This document shows, piece after piece, positions 1 through 9,947 of a stretch of 64,000 bases of DNA. How positions within the stretch are numbered: the stretch's first letter is position 1; every line of letters starts with the position of its first letter. The notes beneath the pieces are model-generated. The model did no database searches. It saw only the letters and a list, made by a program, of their open reading frames with translations, and had not been told where the DNA came from. Made by a program: the position numbers and the translations under genes. Source of the stretch: Myxococcota bacterium (GTDB lineage: Bacteria > Myxococcota_A > UBA9042 > DTJE01); NCBI GenBank assembly GCA_017994695.1, contig JAGOKF010000009.1, positions 4,461 through 68,460 of the forward strand. The letters are read 5' to 3'.

Positions 1-2
1 GC

Positions 3-1115
3 GGGGCGGCCCTCGGGTCGGCGGCGTTCGGGGTGGCCCTGGGGTGCAAGGAATCGGCGGTGGTGCTGCCGGTCGTCTGGGCCACGATGGACCTGCTGCT
101 GCCCGCGGAGTCCTCCCGGCGGCGGATCGGGCGCTTCGCGGCCTACGGACTGGTCTTCGCGGCGTACTTGTTCCTGCGGTCCCGGGCACTGGGGGGGCTG
201 GTCACCCATCCGGCCGATCCCCTGTCCAATCCCCTCTGGGAGGCCGACTTCGCCTCCCGGGAACTGGGGGCCGCCCGGGTCTTCCTGGTCCGGTACGTCC
301 TGGGCCTGGTGGATCCCTTCCGTCGCCTCTACGACTGCAGCGCCCAGGCCTGCGGGCCGGCCGGGGTCCTGGACGGATGGGCCTGGGCGGGGCTGGCCTG
401 CTTCCTTGCATTCCTGTCGGCCCCGTTGGCTTTGCGACGGAGGTCTCCCGCGGCTGCTGCGGGGATTTCCTGGGCCTTCTGGGTCTTTCTGCCGGCCAGC
501 AACCTGGTGATCCTGGGGCCGACGATCTACGGCGAGCGCCTCTGGTACGTCCCGGCGATCGGCCTGGTCCTGGCGGCGGGGGTCGGGATGGAGCGCCTGG
601 AAGCCCGGACAGAACGCCCGGGTCTGGCCCGGGCGATGCTGGGGGTCTGGCTGGCCCTGAACGCCCTGTCGAGCCAGCAGCGCAACCTGGACTGGCGCGA
701 CCCGAAGAGTCTCTACGAGTCGGGCCTCCGGGACGCCCCCCGGAGCGCGAAGGTCCAGTACAACGTGGCGACGGTCCGGTTCAACGAGGGGGACCTCGTG
801 GCCGCCGAGGCCCATTCCCGGGCGGCGGTCGCCCTCTGGCCGCGACACCCCGAGGCCCGGGCGCTGCTGGCCGCGACCCGGGACCTCCAGGGTCATCCCG
901 AGGAGGCGGAGCGGGAGTTCGCCATTGCCCTGAAGGAGACTCCCGGGGCGGATGCCTTCTTCCACGCCGCGACCTTCCTGGCCCGGCGCAGCCGGATCGA
1001 GGAGGCCCGTTCCCTGGTCGAGCGGGCCCGGCGGGCCTTCCCCGAGGATCGGCGCCTCCGGGACCTCCAGTGGCGCATCGAGGAACGTCTTGCCAATCCC
1101 CCCTCCCCGCGCTAA
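3..1115 (+). CDS. TMTC-like membrane protein with C-terminal TPR repeats (GT39/DUF1736-related); 5' end lies outside the window
   Basis: The frame is open back to the window start. The N-terminal part is hydrophobic with multiple TM segments and an ADPLSNPLW motif. The C-terminus has TPR-like Ala/Arg/Glu-rich repeats. Codon third positions are GC-biased. Confidence 0.6.
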   Translation, partial: GAALGSAAFGVALGCKESAVVLPVVWATMDLLLPAESSRRRIGRFAAYGLVFAAYLFLRSRALGGLVTHPADPLSNPLWEADFASRELGAARVFLVRYVLGLVDPFRRLYDCSAQACGPAGVLDGWAWAGLACFLAFLSAPLALRRRSPAAAAGISWAFWVFLPASNLVILGPTIYGERLWYVPAIGLVLAAGVGMERLEARTERPGLARAMLGVWLALNALSSQQRNLDWRDPKSLYESGLRDAPRSAKVQYNVATVRFNEGDLVAAEAHSRAAVALWPRHPEARALLAATRDLQGHPEEAEREFAIALKETPGADAFFHAATFLARRSRIEEARSLVERARRAFPEDRRLRDLQWRIEERLANPPSPR

Positions 1116-1125
1116 CCTCCCCGCC

Positions 1126-1668
1126 ATGCTGGACTACATGGCCCTCGCGGCGGTGGTGCTGTTCGCCTTCTTCGGGATCTTCACGGGACTGCTGCTCCAG
1201 GTCCTCCGGCTGCTGGTGATGGGCATCTCGGCCCTGGCGGCCATCGCCCTGGCGGGTCCGGCCCAGCGCTTCTTCCCGAACCTGCTGGCATCGAGCCCGT
1301 CGGCCCGGGAGGTGATCTTCCCCTTCGCGATCTTCCTGCTGGCCTGGCTGGTGCTGGACATCGGCGCCCGGGTCTCGGTGGCCGCCTTCCACCGAACGGC
1401 ACCGGCCCTCTCGGTGATGGACCGTCTGCTGGGAATGGTCCTCGGGGCGGTGAAAGGGGCGATCCTGGCCTGGTTCCTGGTATCGGTGATGCTGTCCTCG
1501 GAGATCGCCTCCGGCATGCGCTACCAGGGGCTCGACACGGACGGTTCCTGGGTGGCCGCCCAGGTCCGGAAATGGCCGGCGGGCCGCCTGGCCGACCTGG
1601 TCCAGCCCCGGGCCCTGAAGGAGTGGGAGGTCCGCCTGCGGGAGGCGGGGCGCGACCATGCCCCCTGA
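1126..1668 (+). CDS. cvpA: CvpA family membrane protein
   Basis: An ATG at 1126 starts MLDYMALAAVVLFAFFGIFTGLL, matching the typical CvpA N-terminus. Four predicted TM segments over about 180 aa. Confidence 0.7.
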   Translation: MLDYMALAAVVLFAFFGIFTGLLLQVLRLLVMGISALAAIALAGPAQRFFPNLLASSPSAREVIFPFAIFLLAWLVLDIGARVSVAAFHRTAPALSVMDRLLGMVLGAVKGAILAWFLVSVMLSSEIASGMRYQGLDTDGSWVAAQVRKWPAGRLADLVQPRALKEWEVRLREAGRDHAP

Positions 1669-2704
1669 CCCTTCCCGATCCCCCTGGACGGACGTGCTGA
1701 TCCTCTGGGTCCCGGCCCTGGTCCTCCTGGCATCGAGCCTGCTGCCGCTTCCTCTTCCGGGCTGGGCCAGGGAGGCCTGGATCACCCTGCCGTCGGCCTG
1801 GCTGCTGTTCTCCCCGTGGGTCCTCGCGCGCATCCGGAAACGGGAACCGGACGCCTGGGTCCTGGGGGAGGGACGAGCCCTCCCGTCGGTGAAGGTCGGC
1901 CTGCTGGTCGCCCTGGCGGTCTTCCCGCCCTACGTGCTGCTGTTCCAGGGGTGGTCCGTGCTGGTCGAACGCCGACCGATGCACTGGGAAATCCCGCGGC
2001 TGGCGGACTTCCCGGCGGACGTCCAGGGGATGCCCGTGGGGATCCGCGGCGGCGACGAGGCCCTGTGGGTCTTCGGGGAATCGGGCAGGCTGACGGTCTG
2101 GAACCGGACCTCCCGGGACCTGGAGGTGAGGCTCCAGGGCTGCCGGGAAGCCCCCGAGGGCCTTCGCTGGAAGGGGGAACGCATGGCCCGGGGACCGTCG
2201 CCAGGCACGGCCGCCGGGGCCCGGATTCCCCCGGACACGGGCATCCGCTGCCGCATCGACGCGGGACCTGCCTTCCTGGAGGTGCCGCCGGGGACGCCGA
2301 TGCGCCTGGGGGAGCAGGGGAGGGCGGTCGTGGCGGAATCCCCCCTGGACGTCGGGCGGTCCTATCGGTGGATCTGGGTCCTCGCCTGGACCCAGTTGCT
2401 GGGAGTGGCCCTTCCCGAGGAGGTCTTCTACCGGGGCTTCGTGCAGCGAAGGCTCGCCGACAGGTTCCGTCGTCGCCTCCGGGTGCTGGGGGCGGATCTC
2501 GGCCCGGAGGTGTTCCTGGCGTCGGCACTCTTCGCCCTGTCCCACCTGGTGCTGATCCCCGCGCCGTTCCGCCTGGCGGTGTTCTTCCCCGGCCTGCTGT
2601 TCGGGTGGATCCGGGCCCGGACGGATTCGACCGCAGGTTCCATCGTGGTCCACGCCCTCAGCAACGTCCTGCTGGCCGTGCTGGTGCGTTTCCAGGGCCC
2701 CTGA
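1658..2704 (+). CDS. CPBP family intramembrane metalloprotease (CAAX protease/Abi)
   Basis: Carries the EEVFYRGF (EExxxR), FALSH and HALSN motifs characteristic of the CPBP family. Overlaps the cvpA stop by 11 nt. Confidence 0.75.
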   Translation: MPPDPSRSPWTDVLILWVPALVLLASSLLPLPLPGWAREAWITLPSAWLLFSPWVLARIRKREPDAWVLGEGRALPSVKVGLLVALAVFPPYVLLFQGWSVLVERRPMHWEIPRLADFPADVQGMPVGIRGGDEALWVFGESGRLTVWNRTSRDLEVRLQGCREAPEGLRWKGERMARGPSPGTAAGARIPPDTGIRCRIDAGPAFLEVPPGTPMRLGEQGRAVVAESPLDVGRSYRWIWVLAWTQLLGVALPEEVFYRGFVQRRLADRFRRRLRVLGADLGPEVFLASALFALSHLVLIPAPFRLAVFFPGLLFGWIRARTDSTAGSIVVHALSNVLLAVLVRFQGP

Positions 2705-2723
2705 CCCGGGCGGTCCGACCCGT

Positions 2724-5231
2724 TCAGGGGAGGGGAGCCATCTCGAAGGACAGAATGCCGCCCTGGGCCAGGGCCTCGTGGCCGATCCGGCGATCCGGCA
2801 GCGGGGTTCCGTTCAGGGTCACCGACCGGACGAACAAGTCCCGGCGCCCGGCGGCCCCCGGGGCCTCGATGCGGAGATCCCCCGAGGGCAGGTGGACCGT
2901 GACCCGGTCGAATATCGGCGCGGACAGCGTGTAGTAGGGAAGGCAGGGCCAGGGGTAGATCCCCAGGGCCGCGAAGACGTACCACGCCGCCAGCGTCCCG
3001 CCGTCGTCGTTGCCGATCAGGCCTCCCGGCTCGTCCCGGTAGCAGGAATCGAGGATGAACCGGGACCAGCGGTCCGTCCACTCGGGTCGCCCGGCCTCCA
3101 CGGCCAGGAACGGCGCATGGAGATCCGGCTCGTTGCCGTGGAAGTAGTAGTTCGAGGGGATCAGGAAGTCGAAGTCCTCCACGAAGGACTCCATGAAGAA
3201 CCGCAGCCGATCGAGGAAGGCCTCGTCGCCGCCGAAGACCTCCCGGAGCCCCGCGGCGTCGTGGGGGACGAACCAGGTCCACTGCCACGGGCTTCCCTCG
3301 ACGTAGTGCCCCCGTCCCAGGTTCCACACGGTGGGGTCGAAGGGTGCGGTGTCGAAGGAACCGTCGGCGAGCCGGGGGCGGAAGAAGCCGGTATCGGGGT
3401 GCCAGAGATGGCGCCAGTAGCCGGCCCGTTCCCGGTAGCGCTGCTCGTCGGCCTCCCGGCCCAGGGAACGGGCGATTCCCGCCATGCAGAAGTCGTTGAA
3501 GGCGTATTCCAGCGTCAGCGACACGCTCTCCCCGTGGCGATCCGAGGGGCAGTAGCCGAGGTCCAGCACGTCCTCGATGCAGTCCCGGCCCCCGTAGGCG
3601 CCCGGGCCCTGGGCCGGACCGTCGGCGTTCTTCTGCAGGACCGCGAAGATGCCGTCGGGATCGGTCCCGGGCACCGTGTTCGCCCGGAGTTCGTCCAGGG
3701 ACATCCCCTTTGCGACCCAATCCCCGAACACGCTGGCGGCGTGCTGCCCGATCATGCTCCCGGTGTCCCCCGATCCCATCGGCCACTTCGGGGTCCATCC
3801 TCCGGTGGCCATCATCACGGCGAGGGATCGGAGCATGTCCCGCTGGCGGTCCGGCCAGACCCACTGGTACAGAGGATGGGCGGTCCGGAAGGTGTCCCAC
3901 AGCGACAGGTCGGTGTAGTAGGTCCATCCCTGGGCCCGGTGGGGGTCGGGGGAATCCCGGTCGAAGGACCGGAACCGCCCGTCGGCGTCGTTCCAGATGG
4001 TGGGCATCTGGAGGACATGGTAGATCGCCGTGTAGAAGTTCCGCCACTCCTCCCGGGTGCCCCCCTCGACCTCGAACCGCGACAGTTCCTGCTCCCAGGC
4101 CTCCCGGGTGGCCTGCCGGGTCCCCTCGAAGTCGAAGGCGGGCATCTCGGCCTGGAGGTTGTTCCGGGCGCCCTGAAGGTCGACGTAGGACAGGCAGACC
4201 CGCACCTCCACCACCGGGTTCGTCGCGGTGTCGAAGACCATCCACAAGCCGAAGTTCGCGGGGTCCTTCGCGGTGGCGACACTGGTCCGGCCTTCCTCCA
4301 GGTTCCCGTCGAGCCAGGTGCCGAAGGAAACCGGTTCCCGGTCGAGGGAGATCGTGAAGAAGATCGGAAACCCCCCGTAGCGGCCCGAGAAGTCCCCGGT
4401 GGCGTGGTTCCAGCCCTCGATCGTCCTTCGGTCCGGGCCGAAGCCGACCTCCCCGCCGAGGCTGTGGCCGCTGAGGAGCTTGGTGGTCGGGTCGAGGGCC
4501 AGGATGCCCCGTTCCGTCGCCCCGATCCAGGTGTAGCGGTGGTGGGCGCACCGGGTGGTCGCCGTCAATTCCACGCGCACCGCCGGGTCCAGCAGCGTGA
4601 CGGCGTAGTAGCCCGGGGAGGCCTCCTCCCCCTCGTGGGTGAAGGGGGCGGTCATGCCGAAGGGCAGCGTCTTTTCCCGCGTCAGTTCCCCGAGGGGCAT
4701 CAGCCCGATGTTCCCGTAGTCCGGCGCGCCGGTCCCGTGGAGGTGGTTGTGGGTGAAGGCGGCGATGAGGTCGTCCTCGTAGTGGTACCCGGCGCAGTGC
4801 TGGAACTGGGAGGCGCCGTAGGCGGTGCGGGTGTCGGGGCTGACCTTCACCAGGCCGAAGGGAGCGGTGGCTCCGGGAAGCGCGCTGCCGACGTTGGCCA
4901 GTTCGCCCCCGGTGCCCACGAAGGGGTTCACGTAGGGCCAGTAGGGAGGTCCGGATGGGGATTCGGGGATGTCGGTGCCCCCCGGATCCCCGACCGCCTC
5001 CGGTCCGGTCTCAGGGCCGGGGTCGTCCGGGGAGACCTCCTCCGGGACGTCTTCCGACGAGCCGTCCCGGTTCGGGAGGTCCGGAAGGTCGGAAGCGTCC
5101 GGGATCCCTTCCTCCACCCCCGCGTCCAGATCCGTCGGTGCCGGGTCGATCGGAATGCCTTCCCGGTACCCGTCGCAGCCCCAGAAGCCCGCGACCAGCA
5201 AGGCGCTGGCCCAGCAGGACGCCGTCCTCAT
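2724..5231 (-). CDS. GH92 family alpha-mannosidase lipoprotein
   Basis: The 835-aa product has a lipobox (LLVAGFWGC) and GH92-like blocks (NEPDLHAPF, GNDDGGTLAAWYVFAALGIYP, WDTFRTAHPLYQ). Its start overlaps the upstream gene's stop as ATGA. Confidence 0.85.
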   Translation of the reverse strand: MRTASCWASALLVAGFWGCDGYREGIPIDPAPTDLDAGVEEGIPDASDLPDLPNRDGSSEDVPEEVSPDDPGPETGPEAVGDPGGTDIPESPSGPPYWPYVNPFVGTGGELANVGSALPGATAPFGLVKVSPDTRTAYGASQFQHCAGYHYEDDLIAAFTHNHLHGTGAPDYGNIGLMPLGELTREKTLPFGMTAPFTHEGEEASPGYYAVTLLDPAVRVELTATTRCAHHRYTWIGATERGILALDPTTKLLSGHSLGGEVGFGPDRRTIEGWNHATGDFSGRYGGFPIFFTISLDREPVSFGTWLDGNLEEGRTSVATAKDPANFGLWMVFDTATNPVVEVRVCLSYVDLQGARNNLQAEMPAFDFEGTRQATREAWEQELSRFEVEGGTREEWRNFYTAIYHVLQMPTIWNDADGRFRSFDRDSPDPHRAQGWTYYTDLSLWDTFRTAHPLYQWVWPDRQRDMLRSLAVMMATGGWTPKWPMGSGDTGSMIGQHAASVFGDWVAKGMSLDELRANTVPGTDPDGIFAVLQKNADGPAQGPGAYGGRDCIEDVLDLGYCPSDRHGESVSLTLEYAFNDFCMAGIARSLGREADEQRYRERAGYWRHLWHPDTGFFRPRLADGSFDTAPFDPTVWNLGRGHYVEGSPWQWTWFVPHDAAGLREVFGGDEAFLDRLRFFMESFVEDFDFLIPSNYYFHGNEPDLHAPFLAVEAGRPEWTDRWSRFILDSCYRDEPGGLIGNDDGGTLAAWYVFAALGIYPWPCLPYYTLSAPIFDRVTVHLPSGDLRIEAPGAAGRRDLFVRSVTLNGTPLPDRRIGHEALAQGGILSFEMAPLP

Positions 5232-6712
5232 CCCGTCCTCCCGTGGTCGTTGTTGCTTCCCAGTCGTCGATAGAGGGTCGTCCGTCCCACCTTCAGGGCC
5301 CTCGCGGCCCGGCTGGTGTTCCCCCCGGTGGCCGCCAGGGCCCGTCGCAGGTAGGCCTCCTCGAGGCGGTCCAGGGGCACCAGGGACTGCTCGTCGGGGA
5401 AGAGGGCCGCCAGCGAATCCTCCAGGGGCGTTCCCTGGGGGACCGGCATCCGGTGGGTCGGCGCTTCCTGTCGCGGGGACTCGTCCTCGCCCGGGCCCAG
5501 GCGCAGCGCCATCCGGATGTCCTGGGGCTGGAGTTCCGATCCGTTGGCCACGATGATGGCGTGCCGGATGACGTTCTCCAGTTCCCGGACGTTTCCCGGG
5601 AAGGGGTGCCGCATCAGCAGGTCGATGGCCTCGGGGCTCAGACCGCGGATGGTCTTCTTCTCCTCCTCCCGGAAGCGCATCAGGAAGTGATGCGCCAGCA
5701 GGGGGATGTCCTCGGGCCGCTCCCGGAGCGGCGGCAGCCGGACCGGAAAGACCGCGAGCCGGTAGTAGAGGTCGTCCCGGAAGTCCCCGTCGGCGACGGC
5801 CTTCCGAAGATCCCGGTTCGTCGCCGAGAGGATTCGGACGTCCACCCGGATCGTCTCGGTTCCCCCGACCCGCTGGAAGGAGTGATCCTGGAGCACCCGG
5901 AGCAGTTTCGCCTGGAGGGCCTTCGGCAGTTCGCCGACCTCGTCCAGGAAGAGGGTTCCGCCGTCGGCCGCCTCGAACTTGCCGATCCGGCGACTGGTGG
6001 CCCCGGTGAAGGCCCCCTTCTCGTAGCCGAACATCTCGCTTTCCAGCAGGGTTTCCGGGATCCCGGCGCAGTTCACGGCGATGAAGGGGCGGGTCCGGCG
6101 GTTGCCCTCCTGGTGGATCGCCCGGGCGATGACCTCCTTGCCGGTGCCGCTCTCGCCCTCGATGAGCACCGCGGCGGTCGAGTTCACGATCGACTCGAGG
6201 GTGTTCAGCACGCGGGTCATCCGGGCGGACTGGGTCAGGATGCGGGAGAAGGGGCGCTGGAAGCGGCCCTCCAGGGTCGTGACCTTCTGGTTCAGGGACA
6301 GGCGCTCCACGGCGTTCTTCACCGACACCGGCAGGCGGGTGAAGAAGTCCTTGCCCTTGGAGATGAAGTCGAACCCTCCCTGGCGGATGGCCTCGACGGC
6401 ATCGTCCAGGTTGGTGGAGGCCGTGATGAAGATGACCGGCGTCTTGTCCGAGATGGCCATGATGCGCCGGAAGACCTCCAGACCGTTGATGTCCGGCAAC
6501 TGGAGGTCCAGCAGGATCACGCCGTCGAAGCCCGCCTCGACGGCCTCGATGGCCTCCAGTCCGGTGCCTGCCAACTGGACTTCGTATCCCTGACCCGTCA
6601 GGTTCGACGTGAGGGCGGTGCGAATCGAGGCGTTGTCGTCCACCACCAGGATCTTCACGGCGGCTCCCCCGGCTTCCGCCTCGAAGTCTACCCGATTCCC
6701 GGTCCGATGCAT
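5228..6712 (-). CDS. Sigma-54-dependent response regulator (NtrC family: REC, AAA+ and Fis-type HTH domains)
   Basis: Has a receiver domain (KILVVDDN), AAA+ motifs ([14 protein letters not shown]) and a C-terminal HTH ([20 protein letters not shown]). The start is taken at the MHRTG Met; the longer ORF beginning at 6853 is probably an over-extension. Confidence 0.85.
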   Translation of the reverse strand: MHRTGNRVDFEAEAGGAAVKILVVDDNASIRTALTSNLTGQGYEVQLAGTGLEAIEAVEAGFDGVILLDLQLPDINGLEVFRRIMAISDKTPVIFITASTNLDDAVEAIRQGGFDFISKGKDFFTRLPVSVKNAVERLSLNQKVTTLEGRFQRPFSRILTQSARMTRVLNTLESIVNSTAAVLIEGESGTGKEVIARAIHQEGNRRTRPFIAVNCAGIPETLLESEMFGYEKGAFTGATSRRIGKFEAADGGTLFLDEVGELPKALQAKLLRVLQDHSFQRVGGTETIRVDVRILSATNRDLRKAVADGDFRDDLYYRLAVFPVRLPPLRERPEDIPLLAHHFLMRFREEEKKTIRGLSPEAIDLLMRHPFPGNVRELENVIRHAIIVANGSELQPQDIRMALRLGPGEDESPRQEAPTHRMPVPQGTPLEDSLAALFPDEQSLVPLDRLEEAYLRRALAATGGNTSRAARALKVGRTTLYRRLGSNNDHGRTG

Positions 6713-6837
6713 GCCTTTCGGCGAAGAGAGGATGCGCGTCCCCCGCCGGGCCGAAACGGTCCGGCGGGGGACTGAATGAGGGAAGAAAGAAAAAGAGGTG
6801 TTAAGGAGCGAATTCAGTCGAACCAAACGGGGATAAT

Positions 6838-6855
6838 GCAGTAAGCGTGCCAAGA
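6838..6855 (-). promoter_or_regulatory. Candidate sigma-54 promoter (-24/-12) reading into the activator-GH92 operon
   Basis: The minus strand reads TTGGCACGCTTACTGCATT. That is a perfect TGGCAC -24 box, 5 nt, then CTGCA, one mismatch to TTGCA, with GG-N10-GC spacing. It sits about 125 nt upstream of the activator start in the only AT-richer stretch. Confidence 0.45.
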
Positions 6856-7004
6856 AGAGACTGCTGGAAAAACAAACGGTTGTTCCTGCATGGATCCCAG
6901 GCTCTGTTGCAGAATGAAACAGTCAGGGCAGGGCCGCGGGCGGAATCGCGCGGGTGTCGGCCAAATCCCGGGACATTGCGGAAGGATTTGTTCCGAATTC
7001 TCTG

Positions 7005-7036
7005 GGTGTAACAGATTGATACAATGTAACAGAACG
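7005..7036. promoter_or_regulatory. Direct repeat TGTAACAGA x2 (21-bp period) flanking TTGATACAAT; candidate enhancer/operator or sigma-70-type promoter
   Basis: The sequence gggTGTAACAGAttgatacaaTGTAACAGAac lies in the AT-richer intergenic region between the divergent activator and dNK genes. It contains a TACAAT -10-like hexamer. Confidence 0.35.
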
Positions 7037-7106
7037 GGACGCTCGCCGCGGGAGATTCCCAAGACCGCCCGTCGATCCTACAATGGCGCCGTCCGGGGGA
7101 CTCGGC

Positions 7107-7778
7107 ATGAGAATCGGACCTGCGCGCTGCATCGCGGTCGCCGGGAACATCGGTGCCGGGAAGACCACGCTGGTGGAGTTCCTGACCCGCCATTTCCAGA
7201 TCGAGCCCCTCTACGAGCCGAACGACGAGAATCCCTACCTGGAGGACTTCTACCGGGACATGCCCCGGTGGGCCTTCCACAGCCAGATTTTCTTCCTGGT
7301 CCGGAAGTTCGCGCTGCACCGCCAGGCGGAGGCCCATCCCGGGGCGGTGCTGCTGGACCGGACCATCTACGAGGACGCGGAGATCTTCGCGGCGAACCTG
7401 GCGCGGATGGGCATGCTGCCGGCCCGGGAGTGGGGGACCTACCAGCAGATGTACCGGACCCTGGTGACCACTCTCCGGCCGCCGGACCTGCTGATCTACC
7501 TGCGATGCGGCCTGAAATCGATCCGGGCCCGGATCGCCATCCGGGGAAGACCGGAGGAACAGTCGATCCCGGATTCCTACCTGCGGCAGTTGAACCGCAT
7601 GTACGACCGCTGGTTCCTGCGCTGGACCGAGTCTCCCGCCATCGTGCTGCGGACCGACCGGCTGGACTACGTGTCGGACCTGGTGCACCAGGCGGAGGTC
7701 CTCGAGGCCATCGAGCGCGCGGTCAGCGGGCTGCCTCCGGTCGCCGGGTGGGGGAGCTCGGCCGGGGGTGGGGGATGA
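7107..7778 (+). CDS. Deoxynucleoside kinase (dNK/dCK/dGK family)
   Basis: P-loop IAVAGNIGAGKTTL, dNK-type LLDRTIYEDAEIFA block and an Arg-rich lid (RARIAIRGR). A GGGGGA Shine-Dalgarno-like sequence sits 7 nt upstream of the ATG at 7107. Confidence 0.8.
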   Translation: MRIGPARCIAVAGNIGAGKTTLVEFLTRHFQIEPLYEPNDENPYLEDFYRDMPRWAFHSQIFFLVRKFALHRQAEAHPGAVLLDRTIYEDAEIFAANLARMGMLPAREWGTYQQMYRTLVTTLRPPDLLIYLRCGLKSIRARIAIRGRPEEQSIPDSYLRQLNRMYDRWFLRWTESPAIVLRTDRLDYVSDLVHQAEVLEAIERAVSGLPPVAGWGSSAGGGG

Positions 7779-8308
7779 CTCGGCTTTCGGCGTGGGCGGT
7801 GGTTCTGCTGTGGATGACGCCTGGTTGGGCCTGCCGGGGAGCGACGGGGAGCGGCGTCGATCCGGGGGGCTCCGGGCCGATCGAACCGGGAGCGGCATCC
7901 CGGGAGGAATCGCTGCCGACGACGCTGGCGATCTTCGAGAATCCCGACGGGAAAAGGACTTCCTTCCGCGTGGAGATCGCCTCGACCCCGGACCAGCGGG
8001 AACGGGGGCTGATGTTCCGGCGGGACCTCCCGGCGGATCGGGGCATGGTCTTCGTGTTCCCGCGCGAGGAGCACCAGACCTTCTGGATGAAGAACACCTA
8101 CCTGCCCCTGGACATGATCTTCGTGGCCTCCGACGGCCTCGTGGTCGGGGTCGTGGAAAATGCGAGGCCCCTGACCCTGGACCCGAGGACGGTGGATGGG
8201 CCGGCGCGGATGGTGGTGGAAATCCCGGCGTTCGGGGCCAGGAGGGCGGGCATCGGTCCGGGGTCCCGGGCGCGGTTCGACCCGCCGCTGCCCGAGGCGC
8301 GGCGCTAG
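7775..8308 (+). CDS. DUF192 family exported protein
   Basis: Signal peptide followed by the DUF192 core (TFWMKNTYLPLDMIFVASDG). ATGA overlap with the dNK stop. Confidence 0.7.
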   Translation: MTRLSAWAVVLLWMTPGWACRGATGSGVDPGGSGPIEPGAASREESLPTTLAIFENPDGKRTSFRVEIASTPDQRERGLMFRRDLPADRGMVFVFPREEHQTFWMKNTYLPLDMIFVASDGLVVGVVENARPLTLDPRTVDGPARMVVEIPAFGARRAGIGPGSRARFDPPLPEARR

Positions 8309-8315
8309 GGCGCCA

Positions 8316-9947
8316 CTAGCCCGCGGCCGGGCGCACGCCGCCCCGTTCGGACTGGACCTGGGCGTGGATCCGCCGCACGAAGGTCATCACGGCCTGGACC
8401 ACCTCCTGGGCCTCCAGGTCCAGGAACATCTCGTGGCCGCTCTTCTCGAACCAGACGAGGTTCTTGTCCTTCGAGGAGATCTTCTCGTGGATGATCTCGG
8501 AGGCGACGGGGGACACCACCTGGTCCTTGCGGCTGTGGAGGATGTGGGCCGGAGCCTTCACGAACGACAGGAGGTGCTCCACCTGCTGGGAGTACTCCCA
8601 GAGGGACGCGAAGGCGCTGGTGGCGAACTTCGGGTAGTTGCGGTTCTCGCGCTTCCGGAGGGTGGCGTCCACGTAGGCGTTCGGGGACGGCCACCACTTG
8701 ACGAACCGGGCCACGAAGGGGGTCAGGAAGGCGAGGGGGTCCTTGAACCGCAGGGCGGCGGCCGCGGGAACGACGCCGACGACCTTGTCCCGGTGCCGGG
8801 CGGCGAGTTCCAGGGCCACCAGTCCGCCCATGGAGTGGCCGATCACCAGGATCTTCTCGACCTCCTGGTAGAGGTCCAGCAGGGCGTTTTCGGCATCCTC
8901 GTACCAGTCCCGGTGGGTGACCCCGTCCATGTCCTGGTAGCGGGTTCCGTGACCCCGGAGGACCGGGAAGCGGTAGGGAAGTCCCTCGTCGTCCAGGGGC
9001 TTCACCAGGGGATCGACGCAGTGGATGTCGGAGGTGAACCCGTGGATCACCAGCACGCCCAGGGGCGCCTTCTGTCCCTTCTTCAGGCGCTCGGGGGAGC
9101 GGCGATAGGCATAGCGGGGAATCGAGGTGGGCTCGGTGCGATCGACGATCGGCACCATCACCGGCACGTAGTCCCGGGTGTGGTCCACCAGGGAGGAGAT
9201 GGCGAGCATGACCTTCTTGGTCTCGGCGGCCAGGAACTCCCGGGTCACCTCCTGGTCCTCGGGCTTGCGGAAGTAGAGGGGCTTGCCGAAGCGGATCGTC
9301 ACGGGGGCCGGCTTCGGCAGCGGAGGGAAGACCTGGAGGCGCGGGTAGGCCTCGGGGGGGAAGGCCTGGCCGGTTCCCGAGAGGCCGCAGGGAATGATCG
9401 GGGCCCCGGTCGCCATCGCGATGCGCACGGCGCCGGTCTTGCCCCGGAGCAGCCCGGTGTCCTTCTCGACCTCCCATCGCGGCACGTCCTCCTCTCCGGG
9501 GATCGTTCCCTCGGGGAAGATGACGACGGCCTTGCCGTCCCGAACGGCCTGGGAAATGGCTTCCAGGGCCTCCTGGTCGCCGCCCCGACGGACGTAGATG
9601 CCGTCGAAGAGGTCGATCAGGCGGCGAAGGAGGGGCCATTCCTTGAAGTCGGCCTTCGCGACGAAGAAGAGGCGGCGACGGGTGGCGACGCCGAGGACCT
9701 GGGCATCCAGCCAGGACTTGTGGTTCGATGCGATGATGCAGCCGCCGGTCTCGGGGATGTTCTCCTCGCCGATGACCTCGAGCTGATACTGCTTCTGGAA
9801 GGAGGCGCGCAGGATCTGCTTGGAGGTCTCGGTGACCTTCTGCTTCAGGGGGCCGTACAGGCCGGCCTTCTGCAGGGCGTCCAGTCCCAGGCCGAGCACC
9901 TGGTCCACCGGCATCAGGGCCTTGTTCATCAGTTCGTACTTCTCCAT
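8316..9947 (-). CDS. Bifunctional-type fusion: 1-acyl-sn-glycerol-3-phosphate acyltransferase (PlsC-like) plus alpha/beta hydrolase (lysophospholipase/esterase-like)
   Basis: The N-terminal half has the acyltransferase motifs NHKSWLD (HX4D) and FPEGT. The C-terminal half has a GHSMGG nucleophile elbow and HG oxyanion motif. It is a single 543-aa ORF with ATG at 9947. Confidence 0.75.
   Translation of the reverse strand: MEKYELMNKALMPVDQVLGLGLDALQKAGLYGPLKQKVTETSKQILRASFQKQYQLEVIGEENIPETGGCIIASNHKSWLDAQVLGVATRRRLFFVAKADFKEWPLLRRLIDLFDGIYVRRGGDQEALEAISQAVRDGKAVVIFPEGTIPGEEDVPRWEVEKDTGLLRGKTGAVRIAMATGAPIIPCGLSGTGQAFPPEAYPRLQVFPPLPKPAPVTIRFGKPLYFRKPEDQEVTREFLAAETKKVMLAISSLVDHTRDYVPVMVPIVDRTEPTSIPRYAYRRSPERLKKGQKAPLGVLVIHGFTSDIHCVDPLVKPLDDEGLPYRFPVLRGHGTRYQDMDGVTHRDWYEDAENALLDLYQEVEKILVIGHSMGGLVALELAARHRDKVVGVVPAAAALRFKDPLAFLTPFVARFVKWWPSPNAYVDATLRKRENRNYPKFATSAFASLWEYSQQVEHLLSFVKAPAHILHSRKDQVVSPVASEIIHEKISSKDKNLVWFEKSGHEMFLDLEAQEVVQAVMTFVRRIHAQVQSERGGVRPAAG

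Noticed and set aside
2428-5273. 707-aa and 831-aa ORFs overlapping the GH92 gene in other frames
   Set aside because: The GH92 frame contains unmistakable family motifs. The alternatives are low-complexity Gly/Pro/Arg translations.
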